Origin: Candidatus Acidiferrales bacterium
GTDB lineage: Bacteria > Desulfobacterota > Binatia > Binatales > Binataceae
Reading direction: 5' to 3'
NCBI GenBank assembly: GCA_035602775.1
Contig: DATNLS010000030.1
Location: 1 to 43,971 of the forward strand
DNA: 43,971 bases
Part shown: piece by piece, positions 9,488-18,074 of the stretch
Position numbering within the stretch: the stretch's first letter is position 1
How the letters are laid out: the number at the start of each line of letters is the position of its first letter
Translations under genes and position numbers: made by a program
The notes under the pieces: generated by a model
Seen by the model: only the letters and a program-made list of their open reading frames with translations
Databases searched by the model: none
What the model was told of the DNA's origin: nothing

Positions 9488-11280
9488 GTAGCCCGATCGA
9501 GAACTATGCGCTGATCGGAAACCTGCGCACCGCCGCGCTGGTCGACCGCACGGGTTCGATCGACTGGCTATGCATCCCGCGTTTTGATTCGGGCGCATGC
9601 TTCGCAGCGCTGCTCGGAACCAACGAAAACGGGCGCTGGCTGCTGGCGCCGCAGGGTGAGGTCAAGCAAGTCCGGCGGAAGTATCGCGAGAATACGCTGC
9701 TGCTCGAAACCGAATTCGAGACTGAAAGCGGCGTCGTGACCGTCGTCGATTTCATGCCAATTGCTGAACGGCCGGATCAATTCGATCTGATTCGAGTCGT
9801 CAAGGGCATCCGCGGGCAGGTGCCGATGCGGACCGAAGTAATTTTCCGATTCGATTATGGAAATACAATTCCGTGGGTGCGAAAACGCGACTACGGCTTC
9901 AGCGCAGTCTCGGGGCCGAATGCGATCGCGTTCCGAACTGCGATTCCCCTGACCAGCAAGGACTATACTACCATCGGCGAGTTCACTATCAGCGAAGGCC
10001 AATCGGAGACGTTCAAGTTGACCGCGTATCCTTCGCACGAGGATGAGCCGCGCGATGCGGACCCAATCCAGCAGCTGTCGACGACCGAAGAACGATGGCG
10101 CGAATGGGCTGGCCGCTGCACTTGCCCGGGCGAATGGCGCGATCCAGTAATGCGATCGCTGATCACGCTGAAGGCGCTCACATATAGGCCCACCGGCGGC
10201 ATCCTCGCGGCGCCGACCACCTCTCTGCCCGAGGCTCTCGGCGGTCCGCGCAATTGGGACTATCGATTTTGCTGGCTGCGCGATTCTACTTTCACCCTCT
10301 ACGCACTATTGATTTCTGGCTATACGGATGAGGCGCGTGCGTGGCGCGAATGGCTACTCAGAGCAATAGCAGGCCATCCGCAAGATACTCAGATCATGTA
10401 CGGAGTCGGCGGCGAGCGAATGCTCACTGAGGTGGAACTTCCGTGGCTGCCTGGCTATGAGAACAGCGCTCCGGTGCGTATCGGCAACGCCGCGCATCAG
10501 CAGTTTCAGCTCGATGTGTATGGCGAAGTGATCGACACGCTGCACGTCGCGCGCAAGTACAACCTGGAACGAAACGAGGATGCCTGGCGGCTTCAGACCG
10601 CGCTGATGGATTTCCTCGAGTCGGGCTGGAAGCAACCTGACGAGGGAATCTGGGAGGTGCGCGGGCCGCGCCGCGATTTTACACACTCGAAGGTGATGGC
10701 GTGGGTGGCGGTCGATCGATCGGTAAAGGAAGTGCGTAAGGGTTTTGGCGAGGGTCCGGTCGATCGCTGGATTGCGCTGCGCGACGAGATTCATCGCGAC
10801 GTTTGCAGCCGCGGCTTCGACCCGCAACGCAACGCCTTCGTCCAATACTACGGCTCGAAATCTCTCGACGCGTCATTACTGATGATTCCGATGGTCGGGT
10901 TTCTGCCCGCCCACGATCCGCGCGTGATGTCGACTGTCAGCGCAATCGAGCGCGAGCTTATGTACAAAGGACTGGTGCTCAGATACCCGACTGAGACTGG
11001 CGTCGATGGACTGCCGCCGGGCGAGGGTGCGTTCTTGCCGTGTACGTTCTGGCTCGCCGACAACTACGCGATGGCCGGCCGCACGGCGGAGGCGCGCAGT
11101 CTGTTTGAGCGTCTGCTCAGTCTGCGCAACGACGTTGGCCTGCTATCAGAGGAATACGATCCCGTGCTTCGCCGGCAGCTCGGAAATTTTCCGCAAGCTT
11201 TTACCCACGTCTCGCTGGTCAACACCGCCCACAATCTCATGCCGGCCAAAGGTCCTGCTGAACATCGATCCGGGCATTGA
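9484..11280 (+). CDS. GH15-family glycoside hydrolase (glucoamylase/trehalase-like)
   Basis: ENYALIGNLRTAALVDRTGSIDWLCIPRFDS, NWDYRFCWLRDSTF, QLDVYGE, FPQAFTHV. The preferred start is TTG 9484, which overlaps the treZ stop (TTGA). The 59-codon extension back to 9307 lies inside treZ. Confidence 0.88.
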   Translation: MSSPIENYALIGNLRTAALVDRTGSIDWLCIPRFDSGACFAALLGTNENGRWLLAPQGEVKQVRRKYRENTLLLETEFETESGVVTVVDFMPIAERPDQFDLIRVVKGIRGQVPMRTEVIFRFDYGNTIPWVRKRDYGFSAVSGPNAIAFRTAIPLTSKDYTTIGEFTISEGQSETFKLTAYPSHEDEPRDADPIQQLSTTEERWREWAGRCTCPGEWRDPVMRSLITLKALTYRPTGGILAAPTTSLPEALGGPRNWDYRFCWLRDSTFTLYALLISGYTDEARAWREWLLRAIAGHPQDTQIMYGVGGERMLTEVELPWLPGYENSAPVRIGNAAHQQFQLDVYGEVIDTLHVARKYNLERNEDAWRLQTALMDFLESGWKQPDEGIWEVRGPRRDFTHSKVMAWVAVDRSVKEVRKGFGEGPVDRWIALRDEIHRDVCSRGFDPQRNAFVQYYGSKSLDASLLMIPMVGFLPAHDPRVMSTVSAIERELMYKGLVLRYPTETGVDGLPPGEGAFLPCTFWLADNYAMAGRTAEARSLFERLLSLRNDVGLLSEEYDPVLRRQLGNFPQAFTHVSLVNTAHNLMPAKGPAEHRSGH

Positions 11281-11283
11281 TCG

Positions 11284-12486
11284 ATGAAGGCGATGCGAGC
11301 CGTGCATCTACTGTGCAGATCGACCCCCTTGCTGTTGATACTTCTTGCCGGTTGCCAAGGTTCACCGCCGCCTGATCAGCTCAACATCGCGCTTGCAGTT
11401 TTCCCCGACGAAGCCGCGCGCTATGGCTCGTTCGTGAGCGACTTCGAATCGCAGCACCACGTGCATGTGAAGGTGCTCGCGCAAACCTACTCCGACATAC
11501 TGCAAGCGATGCGAGTTCAAGCGGGGAGTCATGGAGCGCTCGACCTGGTTGAACTGGATCTCGCGACGCTCGGCGAGGCTCATGGATATGCGCAGCCGCT
11601 CGACGCCGTGGTGTCACCATCTGCGCGGCCGCTGTTTTCCAAAGAAGCCTGGGATGCCGCGACTATCGATCGCCGGCTCTACTTTGTTCCGCATCGGCTG
11701 ATGTGGCAGGCGATGATTTACAATCACGTCGAGGTCCCAAATCCGCCCGCGACCTGGAACGAGCTCGAGCGTTTCGCGCGCGATCATCCCGGCAAGCTGG
11801 CGCTGAAGGGCGCGCGTTATGAAGGCGCGATCTGCGACGTGATGCCTTTCATATGGACCGCGGGCGGCAACGAATGCACGCCGGATGCGCCCGGCTCGAT
11901 CCGAGCGCTGGACTTTCTGCAACAACTCGCGCCCAACTTGAACGACGAGTCCGCGGTTTTTCGCGAGATGTCGGTGCTCGAAGCGCAGGCTCGCGGCTCG
12001 GTCTGGATACATTTCAACTGGCCGTTCGCGATGGGCTATCTGCACGCGAAAGGCCTCGCCCCCAACGTGAATCTGAGCGCCGCCATACCGGCGGGACCCG
12101 ACGGCAGAGCCACCGCGCTCGGCGGCGGCTACCTTGCGATTCCGAATTCCGCACCTCATCCGAAGCTCGCCGCAGAATTCATTCAGTATCTTTTAACGGC
12201 TGACACGCAAGCGAAGTTGAGCCGCGAGCTCGGCTGGTACGGGAGTGTGCCGCCGGCGCCCGGTAGCGAAGACGCGCAGCTTTATGCCGGCTACACCGCG
12301 ATGCGTCCTTATGTGCGAGCCCGTCCGACAGTCGATTGCTACTCCGACCTGAGCGATCAATGGCGGCGTGCGATTCGCGCGGTACTGTTCGATGACGCCG
12401 TGCCAACTTCGGCAATCGCGTCGAACGTCCTCAACGCCGCGGATCGATGCGTCTGTGCGGAATCCGCTCCAGGTTCACAACTGTGA
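11284..12486 (+). CDS. ABC sugar transporter substrate-binding lipoprotein
   Basis: Signal peptide with lipobox LLAGC. Length and composition fit family-1 extracellular solute-binding proteins. ATG start lies 3 nt after the GH15 stop. Confidence 0.85.
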   Translation: MKAMRAVHLLCRSTPLLLILLAGCQGSPPPDQLNIALAVFPDEAARYGSFVSDFESQHHVHVKVLAQTYSDILQAMRVQAGSHGALDLVELDLATLGEAHGYAQPLDAVVSPSARPLFSKEAWDAATIDRRLYFVPHRLMWQAMIYNHVEVPNPPATWNELERFARDHPGKLALKGARYEGAICDVMPFIWTAGGNECTPDAPGSIRALDFLQQLAPNLNDESAVFREMSVLEAQARGSVWIHFNWPFAMGYLHAKGLAPNVNLSAAIPAGPDGRATALGGGYLAIPNSAPHPKLAAEFIQYLLTADTQAKLSRELGWYGSVPPAPGSEDAQLYAGYTAMRPYVRARPTVDCYSDLSDQWRRAIRAVLFDDAVPTSAIASNVLNAADRCVCAESAPGSQL

Positions 12487-13334
12487 ACGCCGCCTCAAAG
12501 AGGCTTCGCACGGTCTTCGTCGTGGTGCCGTGCATCTTCATGATCGCGATGCTGCTGCTGCCCGCGTTGAACGGACTGCTTCTGTCGTTCGATCATCACG
12601 GTCCTTCGCTTGCCAACTACAGAATTCTTTTCGACGATTCGATGTTTTGGCGCGCACTCGGGAACAACCTGCTGGTGCCATTCGGAAGCGTCATCGTCGA
12701 ATTTGTTCTCGGACTCGCGCTGGCCTTGATGCTGACCGCGCGGCGCAGTCGCTCGGCATTGATTGAAACCGCCGCGATACTGCCGTTCGCGATCCCAGAA
12801 ATCGTCATCCTTACTCTCGCACGCTATATCTTTTTGCCGCGCGGGTACCTGAACGGCGCCCTCGCAATGGCCGGGATGCACGCACTCCCGTGGCTCAGCC
12901 CGCGCAGTCCGCTCGCGACGTTCACAGTGATCCTGGTTGACGCGTGGCATGTGACCCCGGTCGTGATGCTGATGTTAATGGCGGGTCTGCAAACGATCCC
13001 CGACGAACTCTACGAAGCAGCGCGGCTCGACGGCGCGGGAACGTTCGCCACTTTCTGGTTCGTGACGATCCCAATGCTGATGCCGGCAATAGTTGGAGCC
13101 CTGATTCTGCGCGGCATTGACGCGCTCAGGATTTTTTCAACCGTCCTCGTACTCACTGGGCCAGAAGGGGTTCCTGTCCTGTCGACCTATTCGTACAGCT
13201 TGTGGGACGACGCGCAGAAACCGCACGAAGCGATGGCAGCCTCGATGATCCTGGCATTGATGGTCACCATGATCGGAGTCGGCGGTCTCTTGGCGGCGCG
13301 CCGATTTTCACGCGACGACGGAGCGCGGGCGTGA
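12483..13334 (+). CDS. Carbohydrate ABC transporter permease (MalF/SugA-like)
   Basis: Six hydrophobic segments. EAA loop EAARLDGAGTFATFWFVTIPML. GTG 12483 overlaps the binding-protein stop (GTGA). Confidence 0.85.
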   Translation: MNAASKRLRTVFVVVPCIFMIAMLLLPALNGLLLSFDHHGPSLANYRILFDDSMFWRALGNNLLVPFGSVIVEFVLGLALALMLTARRSRSALIETAAILPFAIPEIVILTLARYIFLPRGYLNGALAMAGMHALPWLSPRSPLATFTVILVDAWHVTPVVMLMLMAGLQTIPDELYEAARLDGAGTFATFWFVTIPMLMPAIVGALILRGIDALRIFSTVLVLTGPEGVPVLSTYSYSLWDDAQKPHEAMAASMILALMVTMIGVGGLLAARRFSRDDGARA

Positions 13335-14152
13335 ACACTCGATCGCGCGCGTTGGCAGCGGCGCGATTCGCGTTGAGCGCGTTTGTAATCGTAGCGGCCG
13401 TGTTGCCGCTCTACCTGCTCGCCAAACAGTCGGTAACACCCGAGCTGGAGACCTTTGCCTGGCCGCCGCATTGGACGCCGCATCATTTGACGCTCGCCCA
13501 CTTCATCAGCGTGTTCGAGGTTAACGAACTTCGCAGCGCGGTGCTCAGAAGCCTGGGCGTCGCCGCGGTCTCCGCCGCGATTGCGACTCTGCTGGGCGCG
13601 ATGCTGGCGCATGCGATGGCGCGCAGCTCGATCGCGCAGCGCATCGGTTTATCGACGGTGTCGGGCATCCGGCTTCTGCCGATGATCGCGGTGGCGATCC
13701 CGCTCGGGATTATCCTCGCGACAGTTGGAATCTACGACTCGCCGAGCGGAATCGGGCTGGCGATTGTTCATGCGGCGATCGCGATCCCCACTGCCGCGCT
13801 GACGCTGTACGCTGCCTTTGCTGCGATTCCGCTCGAGATCGAAGAAGCGGCGTGGATCGACGGCGCGTCGCCGATCCGAATCTTTCTGACGATCGATTTG
13901 CCAATGGCCCGCGCTTCGATCGCGACGGCGCTGATCCTTTGCTTCATCCTGAGCTGGGATGAATTTGGATTTGCGCTGCTTGTGCAACAAACTAATCGCA
14001 CACTTCCGCCGCTGCTGTACTACTACACGGTGTTCGGAAACGTCGGCCCAGCGAGTGCGCTCGCGCTGTTGATGATGATACCGGCGGTCTGCGTTGTGGT
14101 CGCGCTGGGTCCGGCGTTGCGCGGAACGCTGACGGCGGGGAGCTCGCGATAG
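13331..14152 (+). CDS. Carbohydrate ABC transporter permease (MalG/SugB-like)
   Basis: EAA loop EAAWIDGASPIRIFLTIDLPMA. GTG 13331 overlaps the preceding stop (GTGA). The longer ORF from 13202 runs inside the upstream gene. Confidence 0.85.
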   Translation: MNTRSRALAAARFALSAFVIVAAVLPLYLLAKQSVTPELETFAWPPHWTPHHLTLAHFISVFEVNELRSAVLRSLGVAAVSAAIATLLGAMLAHAMARSSIAQRIGLSTVSGIRLLPMIAVAIPLGIILATVGIYDSPSGIGLAIVHAAIAIPTAALTLYAAFAAIPLEIEEAAWIDGASPIRIFLTIDLPMARASIATALILCFILSWDEFGFALLVQQTNRTLPPLLYYYTVFGNVGPASALALLMMIPAVCVVVALGPALRGTLTAGSSR

Positions 14153-14159
14153 GCGCGGC

Positions 14160-15221
14160 ATGGCTGATCTCGTCGTTCGCAACCTGACGCGCAGTTTCCC
14201 TTCTGGCGGTGGCGTTTTTGACATTTCTCTCACCGTGCAAAGCGGAGAATTTGTGGTTCTGCTCGGACCTTCGGGATGCGGGAAAACCACGCTGCTTCGG
14301 ATGATCGCGGGACTCGAATCGCCTGACAGCGGCGAGATTCAAATTGGCGGAGGGAACGGGGCTGGCAAGGCGGCGCATCGCGAGTCGATCGCGATGGTGT
14401 TTCAGAATTTCGCGCTCTATCCCCACATGACTGTTTTTCAGAATATCTCGTTTCCGTTGAGGCTTCGGCGCGTCGCGCGGGAGGAAGTCGAGCGGCGGGT
14501 AAGGGAAAGCGCAGCCAAAGCGGGACTTACGGTCGATCTCAAACGCTATCCGCGGGAGCTGTCAGGAGGCGAACGGCAACGTGTCGCGCTCGCTCGAGCG
14601 CTGGTGCGCGAGCCGGAAATTATTCTGATGGACGAGGCGCTCGCGAGCCTCGACGCACAACTGCGCTCGTCGCTGCGGCTCGAGCTGAAGGATTTCCAGC
14701 GACGCACCGGGCGTACCTTTGTGTATGTGACTCATGACCAGGTCGAAGCGCTAGCGCTGGCGGACCGGCTGGTGGTGATGCGCAAAGGAAGAGTCGAGCA
14801 GGTGGGGGGACCTCAGGAGATTTTTGATCGCCCGCAGAGCGAATTTGTTGCGGCCTTCGTCGGCAATCCGCCGATGAACTTCTTCGTCGCGAAGAGGGCG
14901 CCGAATGGCGGAAGCCTCACCGTCGACGGCATCGATTTCAAAATCAGGCCGCCGGAACGGAGTCCCGCGGAAATCAAAGTCGGAATTCGTCCCAACGATC
15001 TGAGCATGGAAGCGGACGAGCGCAGGGTTGCGATCGAGGTCGTGGTCGAGAGTGTCGAGTTCTCAGGCGCGACCTATGTCGTCTATGCAAAACTCGGGCA
15101 TACTTCGATTCGCGCCGAGGTGTCCCGACGCGTTGAAGCCGGCGCGCATCTCACGTTGTTCTTCGACACCGCGCGAGTGCATCTTTTCGATCCTTCGACC
15201 GGCCGGCGCGTCGGACCCTGA
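14160..15221 (+). CDS. Sugar ABC transporter ATP-binding protein (MalK/UgpC/SugC-like)
   Basis: Walker A GPSGCGKTT, signature LSGGERQRVALARAL, Walker B IILMDEALASLD, H-loop VTHDQ. The C-terminal part resembles the MalK-type regulatory domain. Confidence 0.92.
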   Translation: MADLVVRNLTRSFPSGGGVFDISLTVQSGEFVVLLGPSGCGKTTLLRMIAGLESPDSGEIQIGGGNGAGKAAHRESIAMVFQNFALYPHMTVFQNISFPLRLRRVAREEVERRVRESAAKAGLTVDLKRYPRELSGGERQRVALARALVREPEIILMDEALASLDAQLRSSLRLELKDFQRRTGRTFVYVTHDQVEALALADRLVVMRKGRVEQVGGPQEIFDRPQSEFVAAFVGNPPMNFFVAKRAPNGGSLTVDGIDFKIRPPERSPAEIKVGIRPNDLSMEADERRVAIEVVVESVEFSGATYVVYAKLGHTSIRAEVSRRVEAGAHLTLFFDTARVHLFDPSTGRRVGP

Positions 15222-15234
15222 CGTCGCGACGCGA

Positions 15235-15774
15235 TTATTCAATCTGATTATTGTTCGCGTGGGGGTGCCGATAAATTTGTTTGCGAGCTTGCCGTTGAGC
15301 CTGGAGGGCTTCGTGCTGCTGCCAGGCCCACACTCCAATCGCTACGGCACCGACAACTGCTGCGCCGATCAAGGCCGAGCGTTCCGCATTGGGGTCGGCA
15401 TAGTACTCTTGCGGCGAGCCGCCTTGGGGATAGTATCCTTGCGGTGGTACCGCCTGTGGCTGATAACCTTGCGGCGGAACGCCTTGCGGCTGATAACCCT
15501 GCGAACCCGCCGGTTCGCCGCCGTCGGGATTCCCCTCGCGCATGTAGTCATCCACACCACCGACGGGTGGGAGATTCGCTTCCGCCAATTGGACCGGTTG
15601 ATCGTCAATGTTGGCGCTAGCCGCATAGTTGGCGACTTCGGGCGAAACATCAGCGAAGGCAGACGCGCCCCGCACGGCCGCAAGTATCAGAGTCGCCAGC
15701 ATCGCGAGCCCAATCGCGCGCAAACTCTGTCGACCGCGAATTTTTTGATTTGCCCGCAAGAGAAAAACATCCAC
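15235..15774 (-). CDS. Hypothetical exported/membrane-anchored protein with Pro-Gln-Tyr decapeptide repeats
   Basis: N-terminal signal-like segment (LRAIGLAMLATLILAAVRGASAFA). GYQPQGVPPQ-GYQPQAVPPQ-GYYPQGGSPQ repeats. C-terminal TM helix ALIGAAVVGAVAIGVWAW. Lies 56 nt downstream of glgB on the same strand. Confidence 0.6.
   Translation of the reverse strand: MDVFLLRANQKIRGRQSLRAIGLAMLATLILAAVRGASAFADVSPEVANYAASANIDDQPVQLAEANLPPVGGVDDYMREGNPDGGEPAGSQGYQPQGVPPQGYQPQAVPPQGYYPQGGSPQEYYADPNAERSALIGAAVVGAVAIGVWAWQQHEALQAQRQARKQIYRHPHANNNQIE
15408..15497 (-). repeat. Three tandem 30-nt units encoding the G-Y-x-P-Q-x-x-P-P-Q decapeptide
   Basis: Plus-strand units: cttgcggcgagccgccttggggatagtatc, cttgcggtggtaccgcctgtggctgataac, cttgcggcggaacgccttgcggctgataac. 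Confidence 0.8.
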
Positions 15775-15830
15775 TCGTAGGTGACCGCTATATAGACGCA
15801 GCCGGCGAAGATCCGGTTACGTCGGCGCGT

Positions 15831-18074
15831 TCAGGCCGCAGCCGGAACTTCGAACCAAACGGTCCCGAGTGGCGGCAGCCTGAGTGACAGCGAATGCGGG
15901 AGTCCATGCCACGGGATTTGCGCCGCGGGGACTCCACCTGCGTTGCCCTGATTGCTGCCGCCGTAGAGACTCGAGTCGCTGTTGAAAATTTCGCGATAGA
16001 ACCCGGGCGCTGGAACGCCCACGCGATAGCCGGTGCGCACGACCGGCGCAAAGTTACACACGCAAATCAGCTTGCGGCCGCTGGAGGGCGCAATCCGCAT
16101 GAAGGCGATCACGTCCTCGTCAGAATTGTTGGCGTCGATCCACTGGAATCCCGCGGGCTGATGATCGGCTTCCCACAACGCGGGCTCGGCGCGGTAGATG
16201 CGATTGAGGTCGCGGATCAGATTCTGCACGCCGCGATGCTCGGACTCATCCAGCAAATTCCAATCGAGGCTGGCGTCATGATTCCATTCGCGCCATTGAC
16301 CAAATTCGCCACCCATGAAAAGGATTTTCTTCCCCGGCCGCGCCCACATGTAGCCGAACAGCGCGCGCAAGTTGGCGAACTTCTGCCAGCGATCGCCCGG
16401 CATCTTGTCCAGCAGGGAGCGCTTGCCGTAAACGACCTCGTCGTGCGAGAGCGGCAGCATGAAATTTTCGAACCACGCGTAGACAAATCCGAACGTGAGA
16501 TCGCGATGATGAAATCGCCGATAGACCGGCTCCTTGCTGAAGTAGTCGAGCGTGTCGTGCATCCATCCCATGTCCCACTTGAAACCAAAACCGAGACCGC
16601 CGACGTACAAGGGACGACTGACGCCAGGCCATGAAGTGGACTCCTCGGCGATCATCATCGCGCCCGGATGGCGCTGGTAGATCTGCTGATTGAGTTCCTT
16701 GAGAAAAGAAATCGCCTCGAGGTTCTCGTTGCCGCCGTGGATATTCGGAACCCATTCGCTGTTCTTGCGGCCGTAGTCGAGGTAGAGCATCGACGAAACC
16801 GCATCGACGCGAATCCCGTCGGCATGAAATTCTTCGAGCCAGTACTTTGCGTTGCCCAGCAGAAAACTCCGCACCTCGTCGCGTCCGAAATTGAAAATGA
16901 AGGTGTTCCATTCAGGATGGAAGCCCTGGCGTGGATCGATATGCTCGTACAGCGCGCTGCCGTCGAAGCGCCCAAGGCCGAACGCGTCGGTCGGAAAATG
17001 CGCGGGAGTCCAGTCGAGAATCACTCCGATACCGTTTTGATGCAGGCAGTCGACCAGGTAACGAAAGTCGTCGGGCGACCCGTAGCGGGAAGTGGGGGCA
17101 TAGTAACCCGTCGTCTCGTATCCCCAGGAACCAGTGAACGGATGCTCCATCACGGGAAGGAATTCGACGTGCGTGAAGCCTACGTCCCGCAGGTACTCGA
17201 CGAGTTGCACGGCCAGTTCGCGATAGCTGAGAGGCCGGTTGCCTTCTTCGGGAACTCGCCGCCACGAACCGAGATGCATCTCATAGATAGCGACCGGGGT
17301 GCGCAACGGGTCGCGGCTGTTTCGCTCGATCATCCAGGCCGAATCGTTAAATGAGTAATCGGAACTGTATACCCTCGACGCAGTAGCAGGAGGGATTTCA
17401 GTAGCTAATGCAAATGGGTCACTCTTAATAGTCAGTCCACCCTCCCTGGTACGAATCTCGAATTTGTATTTCGCCCCTGCCTCCAAATCAGGGACAAAGA
17501 TTTCCCAGACACCCGAGTTGCCGAGCATTCGCATCATGTCGAGGCGGCCGTCCCAGCTATTGAAGTCGCCGACCACGCTGATGCCATCCGCGTTCGGCGC
17601 CCATACGGCGAAGGACGTACCCGGCACGCCTTGCAGCTCGCGAACGTGGGCGCCCAGTTTGTCCCAGATGCGTTCGTGCTTCTGTTCGGCCCACAAATGA
17701 AGGTCGAGGTCGCCCAGCGTCGGCGGGAACGGGTAGGGTTCGCGAATCGTCACGATATAGTCGCCGTCATAGTGAACCCTGAGCTGATACGGGAAGACCT
17801 GGCGCTTCCCGGCTATCAGGATCTCAAACAGCCCAGGTTCAGGCCGCGCGAGCATCTCGCGGGGCGGTTCGCCGTCAACGATCAGGAATATTCTTCGAGC
17901 ATCAGGACGATACGCGCGGACAATCACTCCGCGCTCGGTCGGATGCGCGCCGAGAATCGAATGCGGGTCGTGATGCCTGAGCGCCAAAAGGCACTTCAAC
18001 TGCTCGGCTGGAATATTCGACAGCGCGGGGTCGCTGGATTCCGGAATCTGCTGGCTATGCTCGCGGACTTTCAT
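15831..18074 (-). CDS. glgB: 1,4-alpha-glucan branching enzyme GlgB
   Basis: HDPHSILGAHP, GVILDWTPAHFP, GIRVDAVSSMLY, IAEESTSWPG, PLSHDEVV. The ATG at 18074 overlaps the upstream gene by 20 nt. Confidence 0.95.
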   Translation of the reverse strand: MKVREHSQQIPESSDPALSNIPAEQLKCLLALRHHDPHSILGAHPTERGVIVRAYRPDARRIFLIVDGEPPREMLARPEPGLFEILIAGKRQVFPYQLRVHYDGDYIVTIREPYPFPPTLGDLDLHLWAEQKHERIWDKLGAHVRELQGVPGTSFAVWAPNADGISVVGDFNSWDGRLDMMRMLGNSGVWEIFVPDLEAGAKYKFEIRTREGGLTIKSDPFALATEIPPATASRVYSSDYSFNDSAWMIERNSRDPLRTPVAIYEMHLGSWRRVPEEGNRPLSYRELAVQLVEYLRDVGFTHVEFLPVMEHPFTGSWGYETTGYYAPTSRYGSPDDFRYLVDCLHQNGIGVILDWTPAHFPTDAFGLGRFDGSALYEHIDPRQGFHPEWNTFIFNFGRDEVRSFLLGNAKYWLEEFHADGIRVDAVSSMLYLDYGRKNSEWVPNIHGGNENLEAISFLKELNQQIYQRHPGAMMIAEESTSWPGVSRPLYVGGLGFGFKWDMGWMHDTLDYFSKEPVYRRFHHRDLTFGFVYAWFENFMLPLSHDEVVYGKRSLLDKMPGDRWQKFANLRALFGYMWARPGKKILFMGGEFGQWREWNHDASLDWNLLDESEHRGVQNLIRDLNRIYRAEPALWEADHQPAGFQWIDANNSDEDVIAFMRIAPSSGRKLICVCNFAPVVRTGYRVGVPAPGFYREIFNSDSSLYGGSNQGNAGGVPAAQIPWHGLPHSLSLRLPPLGTVWFEVPAAA

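Noticed and set aside
15222-15231. Perfect 10-nt palindrome CGTCGCGACG in the 13-nt gap between the convergent ATPase and repeat-protein genes, considered as a bidirectional terminator
   Set aside because: It is too short to form a stable hairpin (at most 3-4 bp with a minimal loop) and has no flanking T/A tracts.
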